A stretch of 32,000 nt of DNA from Bacillus subtilis subsp. subtilis str. 168 (GTDB taxonomy: Bacteria > Bacillota > Bacilli > Bacillales > Bacillaceae). Of the stretch, positions 11,753-20,573 are shown piece by piece. Positions within the stretch are counted from its first letter, which is position 1. Every line of letters starts with the position of its first letter. The notes below the pieces were generated by a model. That model saw only the letters and a list, made by a program, of their open reading frames with translations. It had not been told where the DNA came from and did no database searches. Where the stretch lies: NCBI RefSeq assembly GCF_000009045.1, contig NC_000964.3, positions 2,070,001-2,102,000 of the forward strand. Reading direction: 5' to 3'. The translations under genes were made by a program, and so were the position numbers.

Positions 11753-12454
11753 TCATCCTTTCTTTGCTTTTTGGATCGCCTGTCTCATCCGCTCTGAAGG
11801 TGATCGCAGGAATTTTCCATGTCCGACAGCGAGACAGGAAGGCGCCTTATCGGCGAGCAATTGTGCACTTTTGATGGCCTCCTCCTTATTCCATGTGGCG
11901 AAAGCGGGAAAAGGAAACGCCCATTTTATCTGACCTGATACAGCGATTCCTCCGCGCAACTGAAACGCATCTCCTGCTATTAAAGTGCCGTTTCTTGTAT
12001 CAAGAAATGACATGCTGCCCGGTGTATGGCCCGGTGTTGGAATGGCAAGCAGAGAACCAATTGTTTCACCGCCCGTCAGCAGTTGGTGAGGCTTTGTTTG
12101 TATGTGTTTCGGAATACCTCCTTTTATAGGCGTCTGCGGCTCATCTTGCCGCAAAGATGTGTCACCTTGGAGCAAGAATGAATCCCGTTCCGAGATCATG
12201 ACCTTTGCATGCGGAAATGTTTGTGCCAATGTATCCAGTGATCCGACATGGTCCCCATGTGCATGAGTCAGTAAAATATGCTGAAGCGGTTTTCCAAGCT
12301 GATTCACAGCTTGAATAATCCCTTTATAGCTGCCTGGCAGTGCGGCATCAATAAGGGTGACTTCGTTTTCTTCCTCTACTAAATAGCAATTAACCGGAAA
12401 CAATGCTGGAAAAAAAGTCAGCTGCCAAACCGTTTGGTACTGAGTAATTCTCAT
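11753..12454 (-). CDS. yobT: Metallo-beta-lactamase superfamily hydrolase
   Basis: LLTHAHGDHVGSL and GHTPGSMSF motifs; 233 aa. Confidence 0.92.
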   Translation of the reverse strand: MRITQYQTVWQLTFFPALFPVNCYLVEEENEVTLIDAALPGSYKGIIQAVNQLGKPLQHILLTHAHGDHVGSLDTLAQTFPHAKVMISERDSFLLQGDTSLRQDEPQTPIKGGIPKHIQTKPHQLLTGGETIGSLLAIPTPGHTPGSMSFLDTRNGTLIAGDAFQLRGGIAVSGQIKWAFPFPAFATWNKEEAIKSAQLLADKAPSCLAVGHGKFLRSPSERMRQAIQKAKKG

Positions 12455-12530
12455 CTTTTTATTCCTCCTAACAAAAACTAATGGTGTTAGTTTTATTATT
12501 AACTAACACCATTAGTTTTTCAAGAGTTTA

Positions 12531-13013
12531 TTATTTTTTTATCGCTACATAAATGTTAACTTGTGCTCGCTGTGGCACTGCGGCATTTTGATCATACATC
12601 TCAAAGTCACCTGTAAACGTGCGCAGATGCCGCTTATCCCAAGTCCAAATTTCCTTCCACGTTTCAAGCACAATCTCTTCAATAGGACCGATTCTGGAAG
12701 TGAAAACGGCGTAAGCGGAAGCCGGCAAATCAATATTTTCATATGGTCCCGGAAGAATGTCGTCGTATTCCTGAAACGTTCCGACTGAAAACGTATAAAA
12801 CCCATTCGTCTCTTGTTCATAATTCGAATATAAGGCAATAATGCTCTTGTCTTTTTCAGCCTGTGATAAAAGAGCGCTCATATCCTGCTTCCATAATTGA
12901 TCCCACAGTGCCGGAATCCTCCTTTCTTCCGTCATTTCCAGTGCGTTGCTTGTCCGTTGTGATAGTCCGGCAAATCGTTTCAGGTCTAAGTGTGTTATAT
13001 GTGAAAAGCCCAT
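12531..13013 (-). CDS. yobU: GyrI-like / AraC effector-binding domain protein
   Basis: 160 aa from MGFSHITH with RBS AAAAGGAGGAG; GyrI-like small-molecule-binding fold pattern (NYEQETNGFYTFSVGTF...YAVFTSRIGPIEEIVLETWKEIW). Confidence 0.88.
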   Translation of the reverse strand: MGFSHITHLDLKRFAGLSQRTSNALEMTEERRIPALWDQLWKQDMSALLSQAEKDKSIIALYSNYEQETNGFYTFSVGTFQEYDDILPGPYENIDLPASAYAVFTSRIGPIEEIVLETWKEIWTWDKRHLRTFTGDFEMYDQNAAVPQRAQVNIYVAIKK

Positions 13014-13066
13014 ACGATCTCCTCCTTTTTTTAAGATTATAGACAAAGAAACCTGACAGCAGTGTG

Positions 13067-14008
13067 TCAGGTTTCATATATTTTTTGCATGTGATGAATG
13101 GTTTCTTTTACTTTATCCCTTATATGAAGAGGCTGCAGAACCTCAATATCCTTTCCGAACTGGAGCAAAAAACCGATCAGCCATTGATCTTCTGGAAGTG
13201 AAATCACCGCCTGGCAGATTTCATCTTCCTCACAACAGTGAAGGACATCATATCCGAACCATTCACCTATACGCTGACGTGCTGACGGCTGAACAAGAAT
13301 AACCAATTCAGTTAAACGGTCCTTTTGGTACCAACTCTTATCCCATGGCAAAGTGTCCAGCTGAATGTCTTTTCTGATAAATGTCTGATGTAAGATGGCC
13401 AGATCTTTCATCCGGTTCAGTTTAAAAAAGCGAAAATCATTTCTTACCAGGCAGTAGGCATATAAATACCAGTGCCCCGCCTTGCAAACCAATGTATAAG
13501 GTTCAGTTTCCCGAAGTAGTGTTTCCCCGCTTGCGCTTGTATATGTAAAAGATATCGTTAACAACCGATCGATGGCAGCGCTGATTTTCTCGCGCAGCGT
13601 CTTTTGATCCTCAGTATGGCCCCAAGCCGTCATGTCAATAAACCATTTTTCTGTTTGGTGCTTAAATGCTTGAGTAGATTGCTCAGGTATAAGGTGTTTG
13701 ATTTTTTGATAGGCTGTGCTGTGAGAAACGGGTTCATACATAGATGAAACGCTTTGCAAAGCGGAAGCAATTGCAAACAATTCCTCCTCCTTCAGCCACT
13801 CTCTTTCAAGCCGATACGTTTCCATGATGCCAATTCCGCCCCCGGAACCCTGTGAGGTCACAATCGGAATACCAGCCCTATTGATCGTCTCAATATCACG
13901 GTAAATTGTTCTGACAGATACTTCAAACAGCTCAGCAAGCTCTGCAGCCTGCACTTGTTTTTTGCTGATCAATAACACAACCATCGCTAACAAACGTTCC
14001 AGTTTCAT
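13067..14008 (-). CDS. yobV: HTH (DeoR-like)/WYL-domain transcriptional regulator
   Basis: N-term LLAMVVLLISKKQVQAAELAELFEVSVRTIYRDIETINRAGIPI; central WYL-type region (TLVCKAGHWYLYAYCLVRNDFRFFKLNRM). 313 aa from M14. Confidence 0.92.
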   Translation of the reverse strand: MKLERLLAMVVLLISKKQVQAAELAELFEVSVRTIYRDIETINRAGIPIVTSQGSGGGIGIMETYRLEREWLKEEELFAIASALQSVSSMYEPVSHSTAYQKIKHLIPEQSTQAFKHQTEKWFIDMTAWGHTEDQKTLREKISAAIDRLLTISFTYTSASGETLLRETEPYTLVCKAGHWYLYAYCLVRNDFRFFKLNRMKDLAILHQTFIRKDIQLDTLPWDKSWYQKDRLTELVILVQPSARQRIGEWFGYDVLHCCEEDEICQAVISLPEDQWLIGFLLQFGKDIEVLQPLHIRDKVKETIHHMQKIYET

Positions 14009-14213
14009 TCTGCGCACCTTTTCTTCTTGTATTTTCCAACAAAACAATCATAACATTTTGATAAAGCTTGGGCATATCTATTATGCGGCGGAATACACCT
14101 CGCATATGCTATGAAAACAGGGGTTTCCCCTTCTTTTTTGTGTTCAGTATTTATTTCAGCTACTATTTCCGACCGGATAAGCATACACTTCTCAACGGAG
14201 GGGATTTCACATC

Positions 14214-14759
14214 ATGCATCTTACACTTCAGAGCGTTTATCCTGCCATAATCATCATCTTTTTTCTGTATAAAAAAATTAAAAGGTCCATCGGATACCAG
14301 CCGCTGAAGCCCCGCTGGCTGTTCACCCGTATCATTCTTTTCTCGCTGTTTGCTTTTGGACTTTCAATCTTCAGCGCCATTCACCCTTTTTTATATGGAT
14401 ATCTCATTTTGGGCATTCTTGGCGGATGGCTCCTTGTCTTTTTCGCTAAGAAAAACATCTCTTTTGAAAAACGCAGAGGAAAGATCTATTTTCGGACTCA
14501 TATTTGGGTAGAGGTGATTCTCTTAACTTTATTTCTATCAAGATTTCTGTATCGAGTGACGGAGCTTTATCTTACCTCACCTGATCTAAACCGCCTTGGA
14601 TCATACAGTCAGTCAATCGGAACGGACCCTCTGACAATTGGCGTCTGTTTTCTGATAGCCGTTTATTATATCGGTTTTTCTTCTTTTATCATCAAGCTCA
14701 GCAGAAACGAACTTGAACAGCACGAATACAATAAAGAAAAAGACATCCTTGCCCGCTAA
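14214..14759 (+). CDS. yobW: Integral membrane protein YobW (sporulation-associated, sigma-K regulon from memory)
   Basis: 181 aa, multiple TM helices; a CATANNNTA-like sequence (CATACACTT) lies just upstream. Confidence 0.88.
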   Translation: MHLTLQSVYPAIIIIFFLYKKIKRSIGYQPLKPRWLFTRIILFSLFAFGLSIFSAIHPFLYGYLILGILGGWLLVFFAKKNISFEKRRGKIYFRTHIWVEVILLTLFLSRFLYRVTELYLTSPDLNRLGSYSQSIGTDPLTIGVCFLIAVYYIGFSSFIIKLSRNELEQHEYNKEKDILAR

Positions 14760-14786
14760 CAGCGAGTTAAGCAAGGATGTCTTTTT
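14736..14786. terminator. Bidirectional terminator shared by convergent yobW and czrA
   Basis: AAAAAGACATCCTTGC (14737-14752) and GCAAGGATGTCTTTTT (14771-14786). Confidence 0.85.
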
Positions 14787-15109
14787 CAATCATGCTGTGT
14801 ATGATGGATCATTTGCTGAAGAACATCTAAAACATGTTCATCCTCCGGAGAGTAATAAATCGATGTTCCTTCTCTGCGCGATTTGACAAGCCGGAGATTT
14901 TTTAAAAATCTAAGCTGGTGGGACACAGTGGATTGCAGTAAATTCAGCTTTTCTGCAATTCCGTTTACTGCATGCTCACCTTGGGACAATAAATGGAGAA
15001 TTCTGATTCGGGTAGGATCTGAAAGCGCTTTGAATGTTTGCGCGACTAGAAACAGCGTCTCCTCGTCCAGATCAGCAGCCGATTGTTCCGTTTCTCTAAA
15101 TTCAGTCAT
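14786..15109 (-). CDS. czrA: ArsR/SmtB family metal-responsive repressor
   Basis: 107 aa; [55 protein letters not shown] ... [19 protein letters not shown] (alpha-5 His/Asp metal site). Confidence 0.95.
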
Positions 15110-15302
15110 ATGTATCACCTTTCTTTATTCATAGTTTTATCTTATAACAAATGCGCTTGAGTGCAAACCAGCCTGCTTGTATTCCATTTCAATCTCATAG
15201 TTTAAATTTATGTTTCAAATCAGGTTTTTACTTGGTCTGATATACCCTCTTATGTCATAATAAAAAAGGTCATACTGCTCCAAACATTGAGGGTGAAACA
15301 CA

Positions 15303-15980
15303 GTGAAGAAAAAGAGAAAAGGCTGTTTCGCTGCTGCGGGTTTTATGATGATTTTTGTCTTTGTCATCGCCTCTTTTTTATTGGTCCTGCTTTTTTTCAA
15401 CCGGGATTTAATCAAAAAACTTCCGATCGATACGAAAACGATTGTTTTGGAACGTTTAACCGATTACAAACCCTTGGTGGAAGAAGAGCTTGAAAGCCAA
15501 GGACTCTCTAATTATACATCACTCATATTAGGCATGATGTATCAGGAGTCAAAAGGAAAAGGCAATGATCCCATGCAGTCCTCTGAATCTCTGGGGTTAA
15601 AACGCAATGAGATAACAGACCCTCAACTCAGTGTTAAACAAGGCATCAAGCAATTTACCCTCATGTACAAGACCGGTAAGGAAAAAGGCGTGGATTTGGA
15701 TACCATTATTCAAAGCTACAACATGGGGGCAGGTTACATTGATTTTGTAGCTGAACATGGAGGAACGCATACTGAGGAATTGGCAAAACAATACTCCGAG
15801 CAGCAAGTCAAAAAAAATCCTGATCTGTATACTTGCGGGGGAAATGCGAAAAATTTCCGCTATCCGTATTGCTACGGTGATTATACGTATGCAGAAAAAG
15901 TAAAAGAAAAAACAAAAACTGTTGAAGAATCTTTGCAGGTTGCAACACTTGAAACCATGGAATCCAAGGCTCATGAATAA
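15303..15980 (+). CDS. yocA: Lysozyme-like (CwlT N-terminal type) membrane-anchored murein hydrolase
   Basis: Signal/TM segment FMMIFVFVIASFLLVLLFF followed by SLILGMMYQESKGKGNDPMQSSESLG...IIQSYNMGAGYIDFV. Confidence 0.88.
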   Translation: MKKKRKGCFAAAGFMMIFVFVIASFLLVLLFFNRDLIKKLPIDTKTIVLERLTDYKPLVEEELESQGLSNYTSLILGMMYQESKGKGNDPMQSSESLGLKRNEITDPQLSVKQGIKQFTLMYKTGKEKGVDLDTIIQSYNMGAGYIDFVAEHGGTHTEELAKQYSEQQVKKNPDLYTCGGNAKNFRYPYCYGDYTYAEKVKEKTKTVEESLQVATLETMESKAHE

Positions 15981-16000
15981 GAGTCTATCAATTTACTGAC

Positions 16001-16028
16001 AAAAGCCCAAAAATGAATTTGGGCTTTT
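16001..16028 (+). terminator. Intrinsic terminator of yocA
   Basis: AAAAGCCC-AAAAATGAATTT-GGGCTTTT. Confidence 0.65.
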
Positions 16029-16043
16029 GCCATGTTTACACGT

Positions 16044-16071
16044 AAAAAAAGCCATACTGAGTATGGCTTTT
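16044..16071 (-). terminator. Intrinsic terminator of yozB, adjoining its stop codon
   Basis: AAAAGCCATACTGAGTATGGCTTTT with a T tract on the minus strand. Confidence 0.75.
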
Positions 16072-16606
16072 AATAATACGGTGAAATCATCAAATATACA
16101 ATAACGCCTGTAAGGCTTACATACAGCCATAGAGGCATTGTCCATCTCGCAATTTTTTTATGGCGCTCCACCTGCATGCTGAAGCCTCTGATCAGCGTAA
16201 ACAGCGCAAGCGGCACAATAATTGCAGAAAGGCAGATATGTGTAATTAAAATAAAGAAATAAATCGGGCGCATAATACCTTCTCCGCCATAGAGCGTGTT
16301 TTCCGCAATCGAGTGGTACGTCACATAGCAAATCAAAAATAGTAATGTTGTTGTGAACGCAGCCAAAATAAAGCGTTTGTGAGCTTTGATATTTTTCTGT
16401 TTAATCATAATCAGCGCGGCCAATAAGAAGATAAACGTAAAGCTATTGAATATCGCATTCAGCATTGGCAAAATGTGAATATTCGCATGGCTGAACTGAT
16501 CTAATTTAGGCATAAAAAACAGCACTGCGATTAAACCGTTAATCAGAACTGTCAGCGTAAGGACAATCCCCGTGTAATTTTTCGGTTTATTTTCTGTTTG
16601 GTTCAT
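16070..16606 (-). CDS. yozB: DUF420-type integral membrane protein YozB
   Basis: 178 aa with about 5 TM helices and conserved His (HILPMLNAIFNSFTF, HKRFILAAF, HICLSA, HKKIARWTMPLW). Confidence 0.88.
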   Translation of the reverse strand: MNQTENKPKNYTGIVLTLTVLINGLIAVLFFMPKLDQFSHANIHILPMLNAIFNSFTFIFLLAALIMIKQKNIKAHKRFILAAFTTTLLFLICYVTYHSIAENTLYGGEGIMRPIYFFILITHICLSAIIVPLALFTLIRGFSMQVERHKKIARWTMPLWLYVSLTGVIVYLMISPYY

Positions 16607-16742
16607 TTGGTGACCTCTCCTAATTTGTACTGGCTATCCAAATCGTATGCAAATTCAAAGAAGATGTCAACGGTTTCGATTGCTTCGTCAGAAATTAGAC
16701 ACACTTCAAAGGCCGGAGGCTATTAGCCCCGGCCTGTTAGGT

Positions 16743-17525
16743 TTACGCCTCTTTTATCAAATGTTCAATGACCTTATGTTCATTTTCATTCAGCAGGTTC
16801 TTTTGAATTTTCGAATGAATGGGTTTATTCATATGCTGATCCAAGATATCGGCCGTTTCTTTATCCCCGGCAATAACCATTCGTTCCCATCTTTTCGCGG
16901 CAGCTTTTTGATCAAGGCTGGCAGCCAGCCGCTTATACAGTCTCGATTGGTTCTCTGTTACATGTTCCCTCATCCGGTTCTCTTCAAATGGTGGCGCTTT
17001 GTCTACAGCGGAATGGCTATTCTTCCAAGACTCATTGATCATATCATACTCATAACGCTCCACCGCCTCAATTTTTCCTAAAACAGTTTCAATAATTTTC
17101 ACTTCATGCTGCTGAGTTAAAATAAACGCCGTACTTGGGTATGTCTGGCGCAAACCCTTTAGCTGATCCAGGACAGCTGTTTCTTCCCAGTAAAATCTTG
17201 TATCTACAGGGACTTGAAGCTTAATAGGTTCCCATATGCCGCTGTCGGAAACAAAAAACACGAGACTGCGGGGCATGTCTTTTCCCATTGCATTCAAGTA
17301 TTGATTCATTTTAGCCCTGATTCCATCCAGACACTTTTCCTCCTCTGGATCACTAGCTGCCAAATACTCTTTTAATCGGCTGAATCCTGACTTTAGGGCA
17401 ATCTTCCATTCTCCCCCCTGCTGCTCTGGATCTCTCATGTCTGTATTGAGATACAGAGAGAGAATTTTATCCGGCGGTTCCAATTGGACATACTGTAATT
17501 TGTTAATCAATGAATCAATCGCCAT
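16743..17525 (-). CDS. yocB: YocB, VLRF1/archaeo-eukaryotic release-factor-like (baeRF) domain protein
   Basis: 260 aa from M20; VLSLYLNTDMRDPEQQGGEWKIALKSGFSRL...YLAASDPEE pattern and VTENQSRLYKRLAASLDQ. The family call is inferred by pattern. Confidence 0.85.
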   Translation of the reverse strand: MAIDSLINKLQYVQLEPPDKILSLYLNTDMRDPEQQGGEWKIALKSGFSRLKEYLAASDPEEEKCLDGIRAKMNQYLNAMGKDMPRSLVFFVSDSGIWEPIKLQVPVDTRFYWEETAVLDQLKGLRQTYPSTAFILTQQHEVKIIETVLGKIEAVERYEYDMINESWKNSHSAVDKAPPFEENRMREHVTENQSRLYKRLAASLDQKAAAKRWERMVIAGDKETADILDQHMNKPIHSKIQKNLLNENEHKVIEHLIKEA

Positions 17526-17695
17526 TCCGATTCCTCCTTTTTCACAGGTTAGTTTTCTTTTTCCTCTCTTAAAAACGATCAAACCTGACTTTCCGCTAAT
17601 TTCTAGTAATAATGGAATTGTTGTTTACAATACGCCTCTCTTCTAATACAATTGGTAACTGTGTTTCTAAGCTGTTTTTTGAAAGGAGTTTGATC

Positions 17696-18193
17696 TTGTT
17701 TACTGTTAAAGAAAAAAATCGTCAAGAGCTTGAGGAAGAACTAAATGATTTAGAATTTCAAATTTATCGCATGCAGGAGAATATGAAGGATTTATCTAAA
17801 GATGCCAAAGTGCTTGGTATTGATCAATCGAAACATGATGAGTGGATGATTGTTTCCTCGATTGATGATGGCCAAACATGCAAAATTATGCTAACTGATT
17901 GTAAAACGGCATACCGAGGAAAAGGCTGTTTTTCACTTGTAGCGTCTTACAAGGACGATGCCATTCATATAGGGGATATAAAAGGCCCTCCGAATCACGG
18001 GTTTGGCTCCATTTGCATGAAATATTTAAAAGATATTGCAAGAGACCATAATATACCGAAAGTCACCGGAGACATCGCCAAACGGGATTGGAATCATGTA
18101 GACCGGCTGATTCACTTTTATGAAAAACATCACTTCAAAGTATGTATCGATCATGATACCCAATCCGGCAGCATTAAGTGGGTTGATTTGTAA
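17696..18193 (+). CDS. yocC: YocC, uncharacterised protein with a possible acyltransferase-like C-terminal half
   Basis: 165 aa from a TTG start preceded by GAAAGGAG; C-terminal GFGSICMKYLKDIARDHNIPKVTGDIAKRDWNHVDRLIHFYEKHHFKV resembles a GNAT core. Confidence 0.8.
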   Translation: MFTVKEKNRQELEEELNDLEFQIYRMQENMKDLSKDAKVLGIDQSKHDEWMIVSSIDDGQTCKIMLTDCKTAYRGKGCFSLVASYKDDAIHIGDIKGPPNHGFGSICMKYLKDIARDHNIPKVTGDIAKRDWNHVDRLIHFYEKHHFKVCIDHDTQSGSIKWVDL

Positions 18194-18256
18194 AAAAGTC
18201 TGGAAGAAAGAGCCAAGATATGCTGTAATGGTATAAAACCATTGATGGAGGGTTCT

Positions 18257-19234
18257 ATGTACGCCTCAAAACTGAAAAAGGGAGACGAAATCCGGATCGT
18301 GTCTCCCGCGACCAGCATGTCTATATTATCAAATGAAGCAAAAATCCAAGCAAAAACGGCGTTAGAACGCTTAGGTTATCGGGTAACCATCGCTGAACAC
18401 GCAAATGAATGTAACGAATTTGATTCATCCTCTATCGAGTCAAGAGTCCATGATCTGCACGCTGCCTTTTTTGATCCAGGCGTCAAAGCGATTTTAACGA
18501 CACTCGGAGGGTTTAATTCAAATCAGCTGCTGCGTTATCTTGATTACGAGAAAATCAAACGACATCCAAAAATTCTGTGCGGTTATTCCGATATAACCGC
18601 TCTTTGCAACGCTATTTATCAAAAAACGGGTCTTGTTACGTATTCAGGTCCCCACTTCTCAACATTTGCAATGAAAAAAGGACTCGATTATACAGAGGAG
18701 TATTTTCTTTCTTGCTGCGCTTCAGACGATCCGTTTGAAATTCACCCCTCAAGTGAGTGGAGCGATGATCGCTGGTTTTTGGATCAAGAAAACAGGCGTT
18801 TTTATCCTAATAACGGCCCTGTTGTAATCCAAGAAGGTTATGCGGAAGGTACTTTAATTGGCGGAAACTTATGCACGCTTAATTTGCTGCAGGGAACGGA
18901 GTATTTTCCCGAAACAGAACATACTATTTTATTGATTGAAGATGATTATATGTCAGACATCCATATGTTTGACCGCGATCTGCAATCACTCATCCACCTC
19001 CCCGCTTTTTCACATGTAAAGGCGATTTTGATCGGCAGATTTCAGAAAGCATCAAACGTATCAATAGATCTTGTAAAAGCCATGATCGAAACAAAAAAAG
19101 AATTATCCGGCATCCCGATCATCGCAAATATAAATGCCGGACATACCTCGCCAATTGCCACGTTCCCTATAGGAGGAACATGCAGGATTGAAGCTATTTC
19201 GGGTACATCACGAATATGGATTGATAAACATTAA
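18257..19234 (+). CDS. yocD: LD-carboxypeptidase (MccF/S66 family) homologue
   Basis: 325 aa from MYASKLKKGDEIRIVSPATS; GYSDITAL nucleophile motif and C-terminal NINAGHTSPIATFPIGG. Confidence 0.92.
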   Translation: MYASKLKKGDEIRIVSPATSMSILSNEAKIQAKTALERLGYRVTIAEHANECNEFDSSSIESRVHDLHAAFFDPGVKAILTTLGGFNSNQLLRYLDYEKIKRHPKILCGYSDITALCNAIYQKTGLVTYSGPHFSTFAMKKGLDYTEEYFLSCCASDDPFEIHPSSEWSDDRWFLDQENRRFYPNNGPVVIQEGYAEGTLIGGNLCTLNLLQGTEYFPETEHTILLIEDDYMSDIHMFDRDLQSLIHLPAFSHVKAILIGRFQKASNVSIDLVKAMIETKKELSGIPIIANINAGHTSPIATFPIGGTCRIEAISGTSRIWIDKH

Positions 19235-19237
19235 TCA

Positions 19238-19265
19238 GCTTGTAAATTTTTTTACAAGCTTTTTT
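19238..19265 (+). terminator. Intrinsic terminator of yocD
   Basis: AGCTTGTAAA-TTTT-TTTACAAGCT-TTTTTT. Confidence 0.8.
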
Positions 19266-19296
19266 AGCGCAATCGGCTATGCATGCCGCACGAGAC

Positions 19297-19310
19297 ATGA
19301 CAAATGTCAT
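19297..19310. promoter_or_regulatory. DesR-type palindromic operator upstream of des
   Basis: ATGACA-AA-TGTCAT perfect inverted repeat about 86 bp upstream of the des ATG. Confidence 0.6.
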
Positions 19311-19395
19311 ATAGGAGGCATGATGTGTGCTACTACAAAAGACTTCTCTCATTAGCGTATACTGAACCGAGACACACAATGAGAGGATACTTACT

Positions 19396-20454
19396 ATGAC
19401 TGAACAAACCATTGCACATAAACAAAAACAGCTGACAAAGCAAGTCGCTGCATTTGCTCAGCCTGAAACAAAAAACAGCCTGATTCAGCTTTTAAACACG
19501 TTTATCCCATTCTTCGGCCTATGGTTTCTTGCTTATCTCAGCCTCGATGTCTCCTATCTTCTTACGTTAGCATTAACGGTGATTGCCGCAGGTTTTCTGA
19601 CAAGAATTTTTATCATCTTCCATGACTGCTGCCATCAATCTTTTTTCAAACAAAAACGCTATAACCACATTCTCGGTTTTCTGACAGGTGTCCTGACTTT
19701 ATTCCCGTATCTTCAATGGCAGCACAGCCATTCGATTCATCATGCAACTAGCAGCAATCTGGATAAACGCGGAACAGGAGACATCTGGATGTTAACAGTA
19801 AACGAATATAAAGCTGCATCCAGACGAACAAAGCTTGCATACAGACTTTATAGAAACCCGTTTATCATGTTTATTCTCGGACCGATTTATGTTTTTCTGA
19901 TCACGAACCGTTTTAACAAAAAAGGCGCAAGACGCAAGGAACGTGTAAACACATACCTTACGAATCTGGCAATTGTCGCGTTGGCTGCCGCTTGCTGTCT
20001 GATCTTTGGCTGGCAATCGTTTTTACTGGTGCAAGGCCCGATATTTCTGATTTCAGGTTCAATCGGTGTTTGGCTGTTTTATGTGCAGCATACCTTTGAA
20101 GATTCTTATTTTGAAGCGGATGAAAACTGGAGCTACGTTCAGGCTGCTGTTGAAGGCAGCTCATTTTATAAACTCCCGAAACTGCTTCAATGGCTAACAG
20201 GCAATATTGGTTACCACCACGTTCATCATTTGAGTCCAAAGGTGCCTAACTATAAGCTTGAAGTTGCTCATGAACATCACGAACCATTAAAAAACGTACC
20301 GACAATCACCTTAAAAACAAGCCTGCAATCACTTGCGTTCCGTCTATGGGATGAAGATAACAAACAGTTTGTGTCATTTCGGGCTATAAAACATATACCT
20401 GTAAGCCTTCCGCCTGATTCACCAGAAAAACAGAAGCTGCGGAAGAATGCCTGA
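19396..20454 (+). CDS. des: Delta5 fatty acid (phospholipid) desaturase
   Basis: Three His boxes: HDCCH, HSIHH, HHVHH; multiple TM helices; 352 aa, RBS GAGAGGA. Confidence 0.97.
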   Translation: MTEQTIAHKQKQLTKQVAAFAQPETKNSLIQLLNTFIPFFGLWFLAYLSLDVSYLLTLALTVIAAGFLTRIFIIFHDCCHQSFFKQKRYNHILGFLTGVLTLFPYLQWQHSHSIHHATSSNLDKRGTGDIWMLTVNEYKAASRRTKLAYRLYRNPFIMFILGPIYVFLITNRFNKKGARRKERVNTYLTNLAIVALAAACCLIFGWQSFLLVQGPIFLISGSIGVWLFYVQHTFEDSYFEADENWSYVQAAVEGSSFYKLPKLLQWLTGNIGYHHVHHLSPKVPNYKLEVAHEHHEPLKNVPTITLKTSLQSLAFRLWDEDNKQFVSFRAIKHIPVSLPPDSPEKQKLRKNA

Positions 20455-20458
20455 TGAT

Positions 20459-20497
20459 AAAGGAGGTCTTCTAATATACTAGAAGGCTTCCTTTTTA
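20459..20497 (+). terminator. Intrinsic terminator of des (with read-through possible into desKR)
   Basis: AAGGAGGTCTTCTA-ATATAC-TAGAAGGCTTCCTTTTT. Confidence 0.8.
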
Positions 20498-20573
20498 TTG
20501 TTGGAGGGTGCATTCTGGCTTTCACAATGATAAAGTTACAAGTAAGATGAAAAGCTGAAAATGAGGTAAGATC

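Noticed and set aside
15597-15974. 125-aa minus strand ORF
   Set aside because: Shadow ORF antisense to yocA; rich in F/C with no domain pattern.
16711-16734. GC-rich hairpin GGCCGGAGGC...GCCCCGGCC downstream of yocB
   Set aside because: Possible yocB terminator, but the T tract is poor on both strands, so it was not listed as a confident feature.
16647-17081. 144-aa + strand ORF
   Set aside because: Antisense to yocB, with no RBS-like site or recognisable domain.
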